Below are positions 9,112-18,767 of a stretch of 64,000 nucleotides of DNA, piece after piece (within the stretch, counting starts at the first letter, position 1; each line of letters opens with the position of its first letter). Origin of the DNA: Pseudomonadota bacterium. GTDB lineage: Bacteria > Pseudomonadota > Alphaproteobacteria > Rhodobacterales > Rhodobacteraceae. The translations under genes and the position numbers were made by a program. Location of the stretch: positions 723 through 64,722 of the forward strand of contig JBDKFE010000090.1 of the NCBI GenBank assembly GCA_039798885.1, in the 5' to 3' direction. The notes under the pieces were generated by a model. It saw only the letters and a list, made by a program, of their open reading frames with translations. It ran no database searches and was not told the origin of the DNA.

Positions 9112-9771
9112 TCAGACGCTGCCTTCGGTCTGGGCTTGGCGTATCTGGTCGATGCCTTGCTGGATGTCATTCTCGACCGCCCGCGCCAGGGCCGCGCGGT
9201 CGCCTGACCGCATGGCGGCGAGCGCCTCTTCATGCCGGTCGGGCAGCGCCGCCGCGCCGTAGCGGGCGCAGACCACGCGCAGTGACGGACCAAAGCGCAG
9301 CCAGAGGCCGCGCGCGATGTCGACGAGGATCGGGGCATCCGACGCCTCGTAAAGCGCGAAGTGGAAGGCGTGGTTGGATTCGAGGTAATCCGTGACGGAC
9401 CCGGCCCGGATCGCGCGGTCGACGCGGTCGTCGATCGCCTCTAGCCTGTCGATCAGGTCGGGGGTCAGGTGGACGGCGGCAAGTTCGGCCAGTTTCGGTT
9501 CCACCGTCAGACGGACAAAGGCGAGTTGGTCCAGAAGCGCGGGCGTCAGGTTGGGCACGGCCACGCGGCGATTGCCTTGGGGCAGCAGCGCGCCTTCGGC
9601 GGTGAGGCGGCGGATCGCCTCGCGCACGGGGGTCATCCCCGCGTCGAGATCGCGGATCAGGCCTTGGATGGTGACGGGCTGGCCGGGGGTCAGATGGCCG
9701 AAGAGGATCATGTCGCGCAGACGGCCATATGTGACCTCATGCGATGGGATCTTGCGCGACTCGTCGTCCAT
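9112..9771 (-). CDS. GntR-family transcriptional regulator (FCD C-terminal domain)
   Basis: ORF 9112..9864 trimmed to ATG 9771 so it no longer overlaps GH43. Winged helix motif ...PGQPVTIQGLIRDLDAGMTPVREAIRRLTAEGAL. Confidence 0.8.
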   Translation of the reverse strand: MDDESRKIPSHEVTYGRLRDMILFGHLTPGQPVTIQGLIRDLDAGMTPVREAIRRLTAEGALLPQGNRRVAVPNLTPALLDQLAFVRLTVEPKLAELAAVHLTPDLIDRLEAIDDRVDRAIRAGSVTDYLESNHAFHFALYEASDAPILVDIARGLWLRFGPSLRVVCARYGAAALPDRHEEALAAMRSGDRAALARAVENDIQQGIDQIRQAQTEGSV

Positions 9772-9832
9772 CGTCCTGCCCTGCGGTTCCTTGGCGGTCA
9801 GGTAAACCGCAGGGACGGATTTGATCAAGTTG

Positions 9833-11428
9833 TTATGCGCCCCCGCCGGACGGGATGTAGTCAAAGCGCAGGAAATCGGCGGTCCAGCCCTGCCCCGTCA
9901 GGTCCTGCGCGACCATGCCGACAAAGGCCCCGGTGAAATTGGCATGTTCGCCCCGGCCCCCTTCGTCAGAGATGATCCTAGCATCCAGCGTCGGACCCAC
10001 GGCGGCCAGCGGGGCGTCGCCCGTGGCCACGAGGAAGCGTTGAGTGGGGCCATCGACCTGCACTTCGATACGGACGGGGCCTTCGGGGGGCAGGGGGTGG
10101 TGGAGGTGGATCGTCAACGCCTCGCCCGGCCAATCGCCAAGGCAGGAGACGAGGGTGAGGCAGCGGCCAATCCCGGCTTCGCGGGTGACGAGGGCGGCGT
10201 GGAATTTGTGGCGGTTGTAGTAGGTGATCAGGCCCGCCGCGCGTTGCCAGTTGGGCGGGTCGGCCAGCAGGACGGTGGCGGCGCTGTAGGCGTGGTGTTC
10301 CTGACGGCGCGCGACGAGGGACTGTTCGAACCACGACCCAAGGCTTTCGCGCCCGGTCAGGCGCAGGGCTTGGCCGGTGAGGGTGAAGAGCCGTTCCGGA
10401 TAGGGCGTGCGGAGCCATTGGAATTCTGGCGGCAGGTCGCGGGTCTGGAAGGTGCGGAGGATCGGCAGGTCGGGGTGGCGTTTTGCGGGCAGGTCCACCG
10501 TGACGGGCGGGGCCATGCCGCCGCCGTGCAGGCGGGGCCAGCCGTCGGGGTGCCAGTCGATGCGGGCAAGGCCCGTCTCGCGGCCCAATGGGCAGACGTT
10601 GCCGGGAAGGGGGCGGCCACAGAGGAAGGTGTGGAAGCCCTGCCCTTCGGGTGTTTCGACATATTGGCCATGGCCTACGCGTTGCAGCGGGTGGTCGGGG
10701 GAGAAGCGCGTGGTCAGAAGGTGGGTGTCGGGATGCATCTCGTAAGGCCCCGATATGGCGCGGGCGCGGGCCATGGTGACGGCGTGGTCATAGCCCGTGC
10801 CGCCTTCGGCGACGGTCAGGTAGTACCAGCCGTTCTTTTTGAAAAGATGGGGTGCCTCGGTCAGGCCGAGGGAGGAGCCGGTGAAGATGGTTGTGACCTG
10901 CCCGATCAGGCCGCGTTCAGGGTGCCATTCCTGCAATTCGATCCCGTCGAAGCTGTCATGGGCGGGGTTCAGGCCCGTGCCCTTGCCGCGATGGTTCCAG
11001 CGCATGTTGAGGAACCATTTCCGCCCGTCATCATCGTGAAACAGCGAGGGGTCGAAGCCAGAGGAGGTGACGTAGGTGGGGTCGGACCAGTCGCCATCGA
11101 TGGTGTCGCAGGTGACGATGACGTTGTGGGCGTCCTTGAAGGCGCCGTCGAAGCGTTTGACATCGGTGTAGACCAGCCAGAACCGTTGGCCGTCATGCGA
11201 CAGACAGGGGGCCCAGACGCCGCAACTGTCGGGATTGCCCCGCATGTCGAGTTGGGCGGGACGCCGCAGGGGGCGGGCCACCAGTTCCCAGTTCACAAGG
11301 TCGGTGGAGTGGTGGATCTGGACGCCCGGATACCATTCGAAGGTGGAGGTCGCGATGTAATAGTCACGCCCCACGCGGCAGATGGACGGATCGGGGTTGA
11401 AGCCCCGCAGGATCGGGTTTTCGATCAT
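9833..11428 (-). CDS. Glycoside hydrolase family 43 (beta-xylosidase / alpha-L-arabinofuranosidase type)
   Basis: 531 aa. The N-terminus NPILRGFNPDPSICRVGRDYYIATSTFEWYPGV is the canonical GH43 propeller start, followed by a C-terminal beta-sandwich. Confidence 0.85.
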   Translation of the reverse strand: MIENPILRGFNPDPSICRVGRDYYIATSTFEWYPGVQIHHSTDLVNWELVARPLRRPAQLDMRGNPDSCGVWAPCLSHDGQRFWLVYTDVKRFDGAFKDAHNVIVTCDTIDGDWSDPTYVTSSGFDPSLFHDDDGRKWFLNMRWNHRGKGTGLNPAHDSFDGIELQEWHPERGLIGQVTTIFTGSSLGLTEAPHLFKKNGWYYLTVAEGGTGYDHAVTMARARAISGPYEMHPDTHLLTTRFSPDHPLQRVGHGQYVETPEGQGFHTFLCGRPLPGNVCPLGRETGLARIDWHPDGWPRLHGGGMAPPVTVDLPAKRHPDLPILRTFQTRDLPPEFQWLRTPYPERLFTLTGQALRLTGRESLGSWFEQSLVARRQEHHAYSAATVLLADPPNWQRAAGLITYYNRHKFHAALVTREAGIGRCLTLVSCLGDWPGEALTIHLHHPLPPEGPVRIEVQVDGPTQRFLVATGDAPLAAVGPTLDARIISDEGGRGEHANFTGAFVGMVAQDLTGQGWTADFLRFDYIPSGGGA

Positions 11429-11437
11429 GCAACACCA

Positions 11438-11458
11438 CGAATTTTCTGCGAAAATTCG
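11438..11458. repeat. AT-rich-stem perfect palindrome CGAATTTTC-TGC-GAAAATTCG
   Basis: 9-bp perfect arms with a 3-nt centre. Same TTC-TGC-GAA design as the hairpins at 32507-32554. Confidence 0.6.
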
Positions 11459-11507
11459 CGCCCCACTTGCGGCGGGGCGCGACGGGTCGGGGGTCGGATG
11501 GGTGGCG

Positions 11508-12641
11508 TCAGGCCATCAGCGCCAATGCCTCGTCGATGCCCAGTGCCGCGGGGCGCGTGCAGGTGGTGCCCATGGGCACGAAGGTGCCTTCCGCCCCGGA
11601 TTTGAGGGCGGCGGTCATCACCTCGACCCCGTGCAGCGCGCGGTCGATGGAGCAGCGGGCGTCGCGGCCCGTCATGATCGCCTGCGCCATGTCGGCAAGG
11701 CCCGCCGTGCGGTAATTGGCCAATGGGCCGACAGAGGGGTGGTCCTGATTGTTGCGCGACAGCGGGTGGTCCCAGAGCGGGACTTCGGCCAGTTTGCCGT
11801 CGCGGCCCGCCACTTCGACCGTGCCGCCAAAGAAGTTGGGGTCGGGGACGTAGATCGTGCCCTCGGTCCCGTAGAGTTCCATATTGACCCGCTTGTGGTG
11901 CCAGACGTCCCAGCTTGCCGACAGGTTGACCGTCGCGCCATTGGCGAATTCCAGCAGGGCGTGGATGTTGGTGGGGGTCTTGACGGGGATCACCTCGCCC
12001 TTCCTTGGTTCGGACGAGATGGTGCGGGTTGCACTGGCCGCAGATGTCAGGGCGGCGACGCGCTTCACGGGGCCGATCAGATTGATGAGGTTGGCGATGT
12101 AATAGGGGCCCATGTCCAGCATCGGCCCGCCACCGGGCAGGAAGAAGAAGTCGGGGTTGGGGTGCCAGTGTTCCATCCCGTGGCCCATGACGGCGGCGCA
12201 GCCTGCGGTGATCGTGCCGATGCGGCCTTCGTCGATGATCGCCCGCGCCATCTGATGCGCGCCGCCAAGGAAGGTGTCGGGGGCGCAGCAGACAGACAGG
12301 CCCTTGGACCGCGCGAGGTCGCGCAGGGCGAGGCCGTCTTCCAGCGTGAGTGTCAGGGGTTTTTCGGAATAGACGTGCTTGCCTGCTTGCAGGATCGCCT
12401 TGGACACACCGAAATGGGCGTCGGGAACGGTCAGGTTGATGACGACGTCAAGGTCGGGATTGGCCAGCAGGTCATCGACCGACTGCGCCTTGGTGTTGAA
12501 TTCTTCGGCCCGCGCGGTGGCGGCGGCCATGTTCATGTCGGCGACGGCGCGCACTTCCAGCCCTTTGAACGTGGGGGCGAGGCGCAGGTAGGCCGCCGAG
12601 ATGTTGCCGCATCCGATGATGCCGATGCCCAGTTTTGCCAT
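11508..12641 (-). CDS. Gfo/Idh/MocA-family NAD(P)-dependent oxidoreductase
   Basis: 377 aa with Rossmann start GIGIIGCGNIS and the EKPL motif (VYSEKPL). Confidence 0.85.
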   Translation of the reverse strand: MAKLGIGIIGCGNISAAYLRLAPTFKGLEVRAVADMNMAAATARAEEFNTKAQSVDDLLANPDLDVVINLTVPDAHFGVSKAILQAGKHVYSEKPLTLTLEDGLALRDLARSKGLSVCCAPDTFLGGAHQMARAIIDEGRIGTITAGCAAVMGHGMEHWHPNPDFFFLPGGGPMLDMGPYYIANLINLIGPVKRVAALTSAASATRTISSEPRKGEVIPVKTPTNIHALLEFANGATVNLSASWDVWHHKRVNMELYGTEGTIYVPDPNFFGGTVEVAGRDGKLAEVPLWDHPLSRNNQDHPSVGPLANYRTAGLADMAQAIMTGRDARCSIDRALHGVEVMTAALKSGAEGTFVPMGTTCTRPAALGIDEALALMA

Positions 12642-12644
12642 GGT

Positions 12645-13394
12645 TCAGTATCCTTTCACTGCCGCCAACGAGCGCCGCGCAAAGCGGGCGTGGTCGCTTG
12701 GATTGTCATGTTCGATCACGAGATGCGCCACCCCTGCCCCGCGCAGCAGGCCCAGAAGCGCGCGCCAGTCCACGGTGCCTTGGCCGACATCGGCCCAGCC
12801 ATCCTCGGCCGCGTTTTCGCCCGCAGGCGCGATGTCCTTTACATGGGCGGCGGTGATACGCCCACGTTCGGCGGCGATCCATTGGGCGGGGTCGGCATGG
12901 CCCTTGATGACCCATGCGACATCCATTTCCCATTCCAGCGCGGGGCCGCCTTCCAGCAGCGCGGCCATCGGGATGGTGCCGTCAGGCAGGGGAATGAATT
13001 CGAAGTCGTGGTTGTGCCAGCCAAAGCCCAGCCCTGCCGCGCGGATGGCGGCACCGGCGCGTTCCAGCCGCGCGCCCCAATCGCGCCAGCCCTGCGCCGT
13101 GGTGGGGCGCATTTCGGGCGGCATCCATGGGCAGTAGATGCGTTCGATGCCAAGGCGTTTGGCCACGGCCACGGCCCCCGCAGGGTCGCCTTCGAGCATG
13201 TCGAGCCCGAAATGCGCGGTGGGCATCTTCAGCCCCGTTTCTGCAAGCCCGCGCGCCATCGCGTCCACCGCTTCGGGGTCGGAATAGAGCGCGCCGTAGC
13301 CTTCGACGGCGCCGTAGCCTGCTTCGGCCAGCATGGACAGCGTCACCGACAGGGGCGGGAAGTTGCGGGACGAGTAAAGCTGGTAGGAAAACAT
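12645..13394 (-). CDS. Xylose-isomerase-like TIM-barrel protein (sugar phosphate isomerase/epimerase family)
   Basis: 249 aa. Family-typical size and sequence, with 3-nt gaps to both neighbouring genes. Confidence 0.8.
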   Translation of the reverse strand: MFSYQLYSSRNFPPLSVTLSMLAEAGYGAVEGYGALYSDPEAVDAMARGLAETGLKMPTAHFGLDMLEGDPAGAVAVAKRLGIERIYCPWMPPEMRPTTAQGWRDWGARLERAGAAIRAAGLGFGWHNHDFEFIPLPDGTIPMAALLEGGPALEWEMDVAWVIKGHADPAQWIAAERGRITAAHVKDIAPAGENAAEDGWADVGQGTVDWRALLGLLRGAGVAHLVIEHDNPSDHARFARRSLAAVKGY

Positions 13395-13397
13395 GGC

Positions 13398-15797
13398 TCA
13401 GACTCCTTGGCTGGGCGGCCCATAGGTCGCCGAATGCAGGTCGCGGAAGGTGAAGCACGGGGTGGCATCCGCCTGCTGCGGGGTGAAGGTGATCGTGACG
13501 GGCGTGCCAGGGATGAGCGTGACCGCATTGTCCGAAAAGCGGCCCGGAACGTCCGCCTCGACCGTGGCATAGGGGGCAAGGGCGCGGGAGGTGAGTGTGA
13601 TGCGCCAGCGGGGGCCGTCCTGCGCTACCTCGGCCGTCAGCCCAGAGGGGAGAAGGTCGTAGGCCTTCCACGGTTTGGGCAGGTGCAGGTCACGGCCGTG
13701 GGTGCCTTCGCCTTGCCAGACGAAGGAGAGGATTTCGCCGGGGGCGAGCGCGTCCGCAGCAACCGCAAGGGCGGGCACGGCGCGGTCGGGCGGGACGGTG
13801 AGCGCCGCCTCGTCCAACTTGCGCGAGGTGCCGTCCATGGCGACGGCCCATGCCTCGATCTTGAGTGGCACCGGGGTCAGACGGTCGTTGACGGCCTTGA
13901 GCCTGTAGCCCGCCCCTTCGGGGACGCAGACCACGGTGACATCGGCGTAAAACCGGCGGGCCATGTGGTGGAGGAGTTTCCACCCCCCGCCATGGTCAAG
14001 CGAGGCCCATGAGCAGACGGGCCATGTGTCGTTGAGCTGCCAGTAAAGGGTGCCCATGCAATGCGGCTTTAGGCTGCGCCACTGGGTGACGGCGGTCTTG
14101 ATGGCCAACCCCTGCTGGATCTGGCTGAGATAGACGAAGTTCGGGAAGTCCACCGGAAAGCGGAAGTAGCGGAACATGGTTTCCGCGATGCGGGCATTGC
14201 CGCCTGCGTTCTTTTGGTGGCTTTCCATCACCGGGGCGGCGATGTTGAAATCCTGCGGCGCGGCAAAGCGGCGGATGACATCCATCGACGGATAGGACTG
14301 GAAGCCGAATTCGGAACAGAAGCGGGGCTTCACGTCGCGGTAATGGTCGAAGTCGCGGCCTTCGTGCCAGACGGACCAGAAATGCATGTCGCCCGCGCTG
14401 TCATCGTGCCATGCGTCGCCAAAGGCGAGGGCCCCGGGGGATGGCGATGAGGGCCACCAGTTGGCATGGGGCAGGACGGCGCGCAGGGCGGTTTCGACCG
14501 TGCGGTTGAGGCGGTCATAGCTGACGAGGTAGCGGTCGCGGTCCTTGCGCGAGACGTCGAACCATCCCAGCGCGCCGATCAGTTCATTGTCCCCGCACCA
14601 CAGCGCGATGCAGGCATGGTGGTTCAGGCGGGCTGCGACGTCGCGCACTTCGGCGTCGATTTCGGTCAGGAATTCGGGGGTAGAGGGGTAGAGGTTGCAG
14701 GCAAACATGAAGTCCTGCCAGACCATCAGGCCCATCTCGTCACACAGGTCGTAGAACCAGTCCGGTTCATAGCGCCCGCCGCCCCAGATGCGGATCATGT
14801 TCATGTTGGCGTCCACGGCGGATTGCAGCAGGTCGCGCACACCTTGGGGCGTGATGCGACCATGCAGCGCGTCGGCGGGAATCCAGTTGGCACCGCGGGC
14901 AAAGGTGTCGTGGCCGTTGACGCGGAAGCCGAAGGAACGGCCTGCGGCATCGGGTTCAGAGAGGAGGCGGAGGTCGCGCAGGCCGATGCGGCGGGTGGCG
15001 CGGGCGGAGCCGAGGGTGACCACCATGTCATGCAGGACCTGTGCGCCAAGGCCCGTGGGCCACCAAAGCGCGGGGTCTTCGATGCGCAGAACCAGACGCG
15101 CCGCGCCGTCCCGCAGGGGGGCAGAGGCGGTGACGCCGCAGAGTGTCACCGTGGCGACGGCGGGACCGGTGACTGCGCCCCGCACCTCGACCATGACGGT
15201 GGCGGTGCCTGCGTCGTGGGTTTGCGTGACGATCACGTCGGCGATGCGGTCGGTCTGGGGTTCCAGACGGATGCCGCCCCAGATGCCGAAGGGGGCGAGC
15301 GCGATGTTCCAGTCCCAGCCGAAATCGCATTGCGGTTTGCGCAGCATGTTGCCGTTGGGGATGGGGCAGTTCCCTTCGTGCCACGGCACGAAGAAGGGCT
15401 GCGCTGCCTGCCGCGCCGCGCCTTCGGCGACAGAAGACCGGAAGGTGATGGCAATCTCGTTCGTGCCGCGCCGGACGAGGCCCGCCGCGTCCACGCGCCA
15501 GCGGCGGAAGGCATTGGCCGCAGAAAGGCAGAGGGTGCCGTTGATCCGCACATCGGCCACGGTGTCCAGACCTTCGATCACAAGATCGCAGGGGGTGCCG
15601 TCATGGGTGAAGCTGTGGGTGGCGGTCCAGTCGCGTTCGGAAATCCAGCGCAGGCCGTATTCGTTGCGGCCCCAATAGGGATCGGGGATCGCGCCTGCCG
15701 CCTGCAGGGCGGTTATGCCGTCGCCCGGGACGGCGAAGGTCACGCGATGCTCGCCCTGCGCGTCGGCAAGGGTCCATGTTCCGCCAAGGTCCTGCAT
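13398..15797 (-). CDS. Glycoside hydrolase family 2, beta-mannosidase-like
   Basis: 799 aa. Acid/base region NMIRIWGGGRYE and nucleophile region FCSEFGFQSYPS, as in GH2 beta-mannosidases. Confidence 0.85.
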   Translation of the reverse strand: MQDLGGTWTLADAQGEHRVTFAVPGDGITALQAAGAIPDPYWGRNEYGLRWISERDWTATHSFTHDGTPCDLVIEGLDTVADVRINGTLCLSAANAFRRWRVDAAGLVRRGTNEIAITFRSSVAEGAARQAAQPFFVPWHEGNCPIPNGNMLRKPQCDFGWDWNIALAPFGIWGGIRLEPQTDRIADVIVTQTHDAGTATVMVEVRGAVTGPAVATVTLCGVTASAPLRDGAARLVLRIEDPALWWPTGLGAQVLHDMVVTLGSARATRRIGLRDLRLLSEPDAAGRSFGFRVNGHDTFARGANWIPADALHGRITPQGVRDLLQSAVDANMNMIRIWGGGRYEPDWFYDLCDEMGLMVWQDFMFACNLYPSTPEFLTEIDAEVRDVAARLNHHACIALWCGDNELIGALGWFDVSRKDRDRYLVSYDRLNRTVETALRAVLPHANWWPSSPSPGALAFGDAWHDDSAGDMHFWSVWHEGRDFDHYRDVKPRFCSEFGFQSYPSMDVIRRFAAPQDFNIAAPVMESHQKNAGGNARIAETMFRYFRFPVDFPNFVYLSQIQQGLAIKTAVTQWRSLKPHCMGTLYWQLNDTWPVCSWASLDHGGGWKLLHHMARRFYADVTVVCVPEGAGYRLKAVNDRLTPVPLKIEAWAVAMDGTSRKLDEAALTVPPDRAVPALAVAADALAPGEILSFVWQGEGTHGRDLHLPKPWKAYDLLPSGLTAEVAQDGPRWRITLTSRALAPYATVEADVPGRFSDNAVTLIPGTPVTITFTPQQADATPCFTFRDLHSATYGPPSQGV

Positions 15798-15800
15798 GGT

Positions 15801-16886
15801 TCAGATCCGCTGTTCTGTGCCCGCGTCGAAGAGCGACGCCTTGCCCACATCCACCCGCAGATGCACCGCCGTTCCGGGGGCAAGCCGCCGCTCCACCGGC
15901 ACGCGCACCGACAGTTGCGCGCCACCGGTCGTCAGCCAGACAAGGCTATCGGCCCCCATCGGTTCGTCCAGTTCCACCGTGGCGGGGATGGTGCGGCCCG
16001 GTTCGGGGGCGGTGACGATCTCGATATGTTCGGGGCGGAGGCCGAGGATGGCCTTCGGCATCTCTCGCGGGCGGCCACCGTCATAGCCTGAAAGGTCGAT
16101 ATTGACCCCGGCGACGGTAAAGGCGCGGCCGCCGTCGATGACAGGGCCATGCAGGAAGTTCATCGACGGGCTGCCGATGAAGCCTGCAACGAACAGGTTG
16201 GCGGGTTTGTTGTAGATGGTCTGGGGGGCGTCCAGTTGCTGGATGATGCCGCCGCGCATGACCGCGATGCGGTCGGCCAAGGTCAGCGCTTCGATCTGGT
16301 CATGGGTGACGTAGACCATGGTGTTGCCGAGGCGGGCGTGAAGGCGCTTGATTTCAACGCGCAGTTCCGAGCGGAGCTTGGCGTCAAGGTTGGAGAGCGG
16401 TTCGTCGAACAGGAAGACATCCACGTCGCGCACAAGGGCCCGCCCGATGGCGACGCGCTGGCGCTGGCCGCCGGACAGGGCACCCGGCTTGCGGTCCAAA
16501 AGCGGGCCGATCTGCAAGATTTCGGCGGCGCGGGCGACGCGCTTGTCGATTTCGGCCTGTGGCATGCGGGCGTTCTTCAGCCCGAAGGACAGGTTCCCGC
16601 GCACCGTCATCTGCGGGTAAAGCGCGTAGGACTGGAACACCATCCCGATCCCGCGTTCATTGGGTTCGGCCCAAGTGACGTTCTGGCCCTTGATCCAGAT
16701 TTGCCCATCCGACAGGTCCAACAGCCCTGCAAGGCAATTGAGCAAGGTCGATTTCCCGCAGCCAGAGGGGCCAAGGAGAACGATGAATTCCCCTTCGGCC
16801 ACTTCGAGGTTGAGGTTCTTCAAAACCGACACCGCGCCGAAGTTCAGCGTCAGGTCGCGGACGGAGATGGAGGATTTGGTGGTCAT
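15801..16886 (-). CDS. Sugar ABC transporter ATP-binding protein (MalK/UgpC type)
   Basis: Walker A GPSGCGKST, signature LSGGQRQR, Walker B VFLFDEPLS, plus a C-terminal regulatory domain. Confidence 0.9.
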   Translation of the reverse strand: MTTKSSISVRDLTLNFGAVSVLKNLNLEVAEGEFIVLLGPSGCGKSTLLNCLAGLLDLSDGQIWIKGQNVTWAEPNERGIGMVFQSYALYPQMTVRGNLSFGLKNARMPQAEIDKRVARAAEILQIGPLLDRKPGALSGGQRQRVAIGRALVRDVDVFLFDEPLSNLDAKLRSELRVEIKRLHARLGNTMVYVTHDQIEALTLADRIAVMRGGIIQQLDAPQTIYNKPANLFVAGFIGSPSMNFLHGPVIDGGRAFTVAGVNIDLSGYDGGRPREMPKAILGLRPEHIEIVTAPEPGRTIPATVELDEPMGADSLVWLTTGGAQLSVRVPVERRLAPGTAVHLRVDVGKASLFDAGTEQRI

Positions 16887-16889
16887 GGC

Positions 16890-17801
16890 TTACCCCTTCA
16901 CCGCGCCCGCGGCGATGCCGCGCACGAACAGCTTGCCGGACAGGAAATAGACGGTCAGCGGCACGAGGCCGGTCAGCATGGTGGCGGCCATGTTCAGGTT
17001 GTATTCCTTCACGCCTTGGGTCGAGTTGACGATGTTGTTCAGTTGCACGGTCATGGGCCAGTTCTGGGTGCCCGCGAAGACCACGCCAAAGAGGAAGTCA
17101 TTCCAGATGCCCGTCACCTGCAGGATCATGGCAACGACGAAAATGGGCGCGGACATCGGCATCAGCACCTTCAGGAAGATGCCCCAGAACCCTGCCCCAT
17201 CCACGCGCGCGGCCTTGAACAGTTCCTCTGGCAGGCTGGCGAAGTAGTTGCGGAAGAGAAGCGTCAGGATGGGCATCCCAAAGATCGTGTGGATCAGGAT
17301 GACGGCGGGCAGCGTGCCATAGATGCCCAGTTCGCGGCAGATCACCACCAGCGGGTAGAGCATCACCTGATAGGGGATGAAAGAGCCGAAGATCAGGATG
17401 GTGAAGAACACCTCTGACCCTTTGAACTTCCAAAAGGACAGCGCGTAGCCCGAGACAGAGGCGACAGCCATGGACACGATCACCGAAGGCACGGTGATCT
17501 GGACCGAATTCCAAAAGCCCGCGCGCAGGCCTTCGCATTTCAGGCCCGTGCAGGCCTCGGACCATGCTTTGACCCAAGGTTCGAAGGTGATTTCCACGGG
17601 CGGGGCGAAGATGTTGCCCAGCCGGATTTCCGGCATCCCCTTGAGCGAGGTCATCACCATCACCCAAAGCGGCAGGATGTAGTACAGCAGCGCCACCAGC
17701 AGCACGCCGTAAAGCATGATGCGCTTGGGATCGAGCACGCGCTTGGGCTTGCGGCCATGCGGGCTGTAGGTGTCGATCGGAACGGCGGTCGGCATCCCCA
17801 T
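16890..17801 (-). CDS. Carbohydrate ABC transporter permease
   Basis: ORF 16890..17831 trimmed to ATG 17801. Six-TM permease with EAA-type loop ...KAARVDGAGFWGIF... Confidence 0.85.
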   Translation of the reverse strand: MGMPTAVPIDTYSPHGRKPKRVLDPKRIMLYGVLLVALLYYILPLWVMVMTSLKGMPEIRLGNIFAPPVEITFEPWVKAWSEACTGLKCEGLRAGFWNSVQITVPSVIVSMAVASVSGYALSFWKFKGSEVFFTILIFGSFIPYQVMLYPLVVICRELGIYGTLPAVILIHTIFGMPILTLLFRNYFASLPEELFKAARVDGAGFWGIFLKVLMPMSAPIFVVAMILQVTGIWNDFLFGVVFAGTQNWPMTVQLNNIVNSTQGVKEYNLNMAATMLTGLVPLTVYFLSGKLFVRGIAAGAVKG

Positions 17802-17802
17802 C

Positions 17803-18696
17803 TTAGCGCCCCTTCTTCCGGCCGAATTCAAGATAGGCCCACGGGATGACGATGATCAGGACAGAAAGCAGCATCATCGTCGATGCCGCCAGCCCCTGCC
17901 CGATATTGGCGCGGGCGAACATGTGGTCGAAGACGTATTTCGCGGGCACTTCCGAGGCAAAGCCCGGCCCGCCATCCGTCAGCGCCACGACAAGGTCATA
18001 AAGCCGCACGATGCCCGAGGCCACGATCACCAACGAGGTGATCATCACGCCGCGCATCATGGGGATGACGATGAAGAGATAGGTCTTCCATTTCGGGATG
18101 CCGTCCACGCGGGCGGCCTTCCAGATGTCTTCGTCGATGCCGCGCAGACCGGCCAGCATCAGCACCATCACAAAGCCCGTCCCCTGCCAAAGCCCTGCGA
18201 TCAAAAGGGCGTAGATGACGGTGTCCTTGCTAGAGATCAGGCTGAATTCGAAGGTTTCCCACCCAAGACCGCGCACGGTGGCCTGAAGGCCCAGACCGGG
18301 GTCGAGGATCCATTGCCAGACAACGCCCGTGACGATGAACGAGAGCGCGAAAGGATACAGGTAGATGGTGCGGAACGTGTCTTCGAAGCGGATCTTCTGG
18401 TCCATCAGCGCGGCAAGGACGAAGCCGATGACAAAGGAAAAGACCAGCGCGAACGCGCCGTAGAAAAGAAGGTTGGTGACCGACTGTTCCCAACGCGCGT
18501 TGGAGAAAAGCCGTTCGTATTGGTCAAAGCCCACGAATTTGTTGACGGGCAAGGCCCGCGAGGCCGAGAAGGAATAGACCACCGTCCAGACCGAACAGCC
18601 GACGAAAACCACAAGCGCCGTGATGATCATCGGCAGGGTGGCGATCTTGGCCGTCAGGTTGCGGAAAAGCGGGTTGGGGCGTCCAGCCTGCGCCAT
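17803..18696 (-). CDS. Carbohydrate ABC transporter permease
   Basis: 297 aa with EAA-type loop ...KAARVDGIPKWKTY... Confidence 0.85.
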   Translation of the reverse strand: MAQAGRPNPLFRNLTAKIATLPMIITALVVFVGCSVWTVVYSFSASRALPVNKFVGFDQYERLFSNARWEQSVTNLLFYGAFALVFSFVIGFVLAALMDQKIRFEDTFRTIYLYPFALSFIVTGVVWQWILDPGLGLQATVRGLGWETFEFSLISSKDTVIYALLIAGLWQGTGFVMVLMLAGLRGIDEDIWKAARVDGIPKWKTYLFIVIPMMRGVMITSLVIVASGIVRLYDLVVALTDGGPGFASEVPAKYVFDHMFARANIGQGLAASTMMLLSVLIIVIPWAYLEFGRKKGR

Positions 18697-18767
18697 CGGA
18701 CCTCTCAGAGAGTAGCGAAAGGGAAAGGGGCGGCCCCGTCAGGGACCGCCCCGCCGTGTCACGGGCC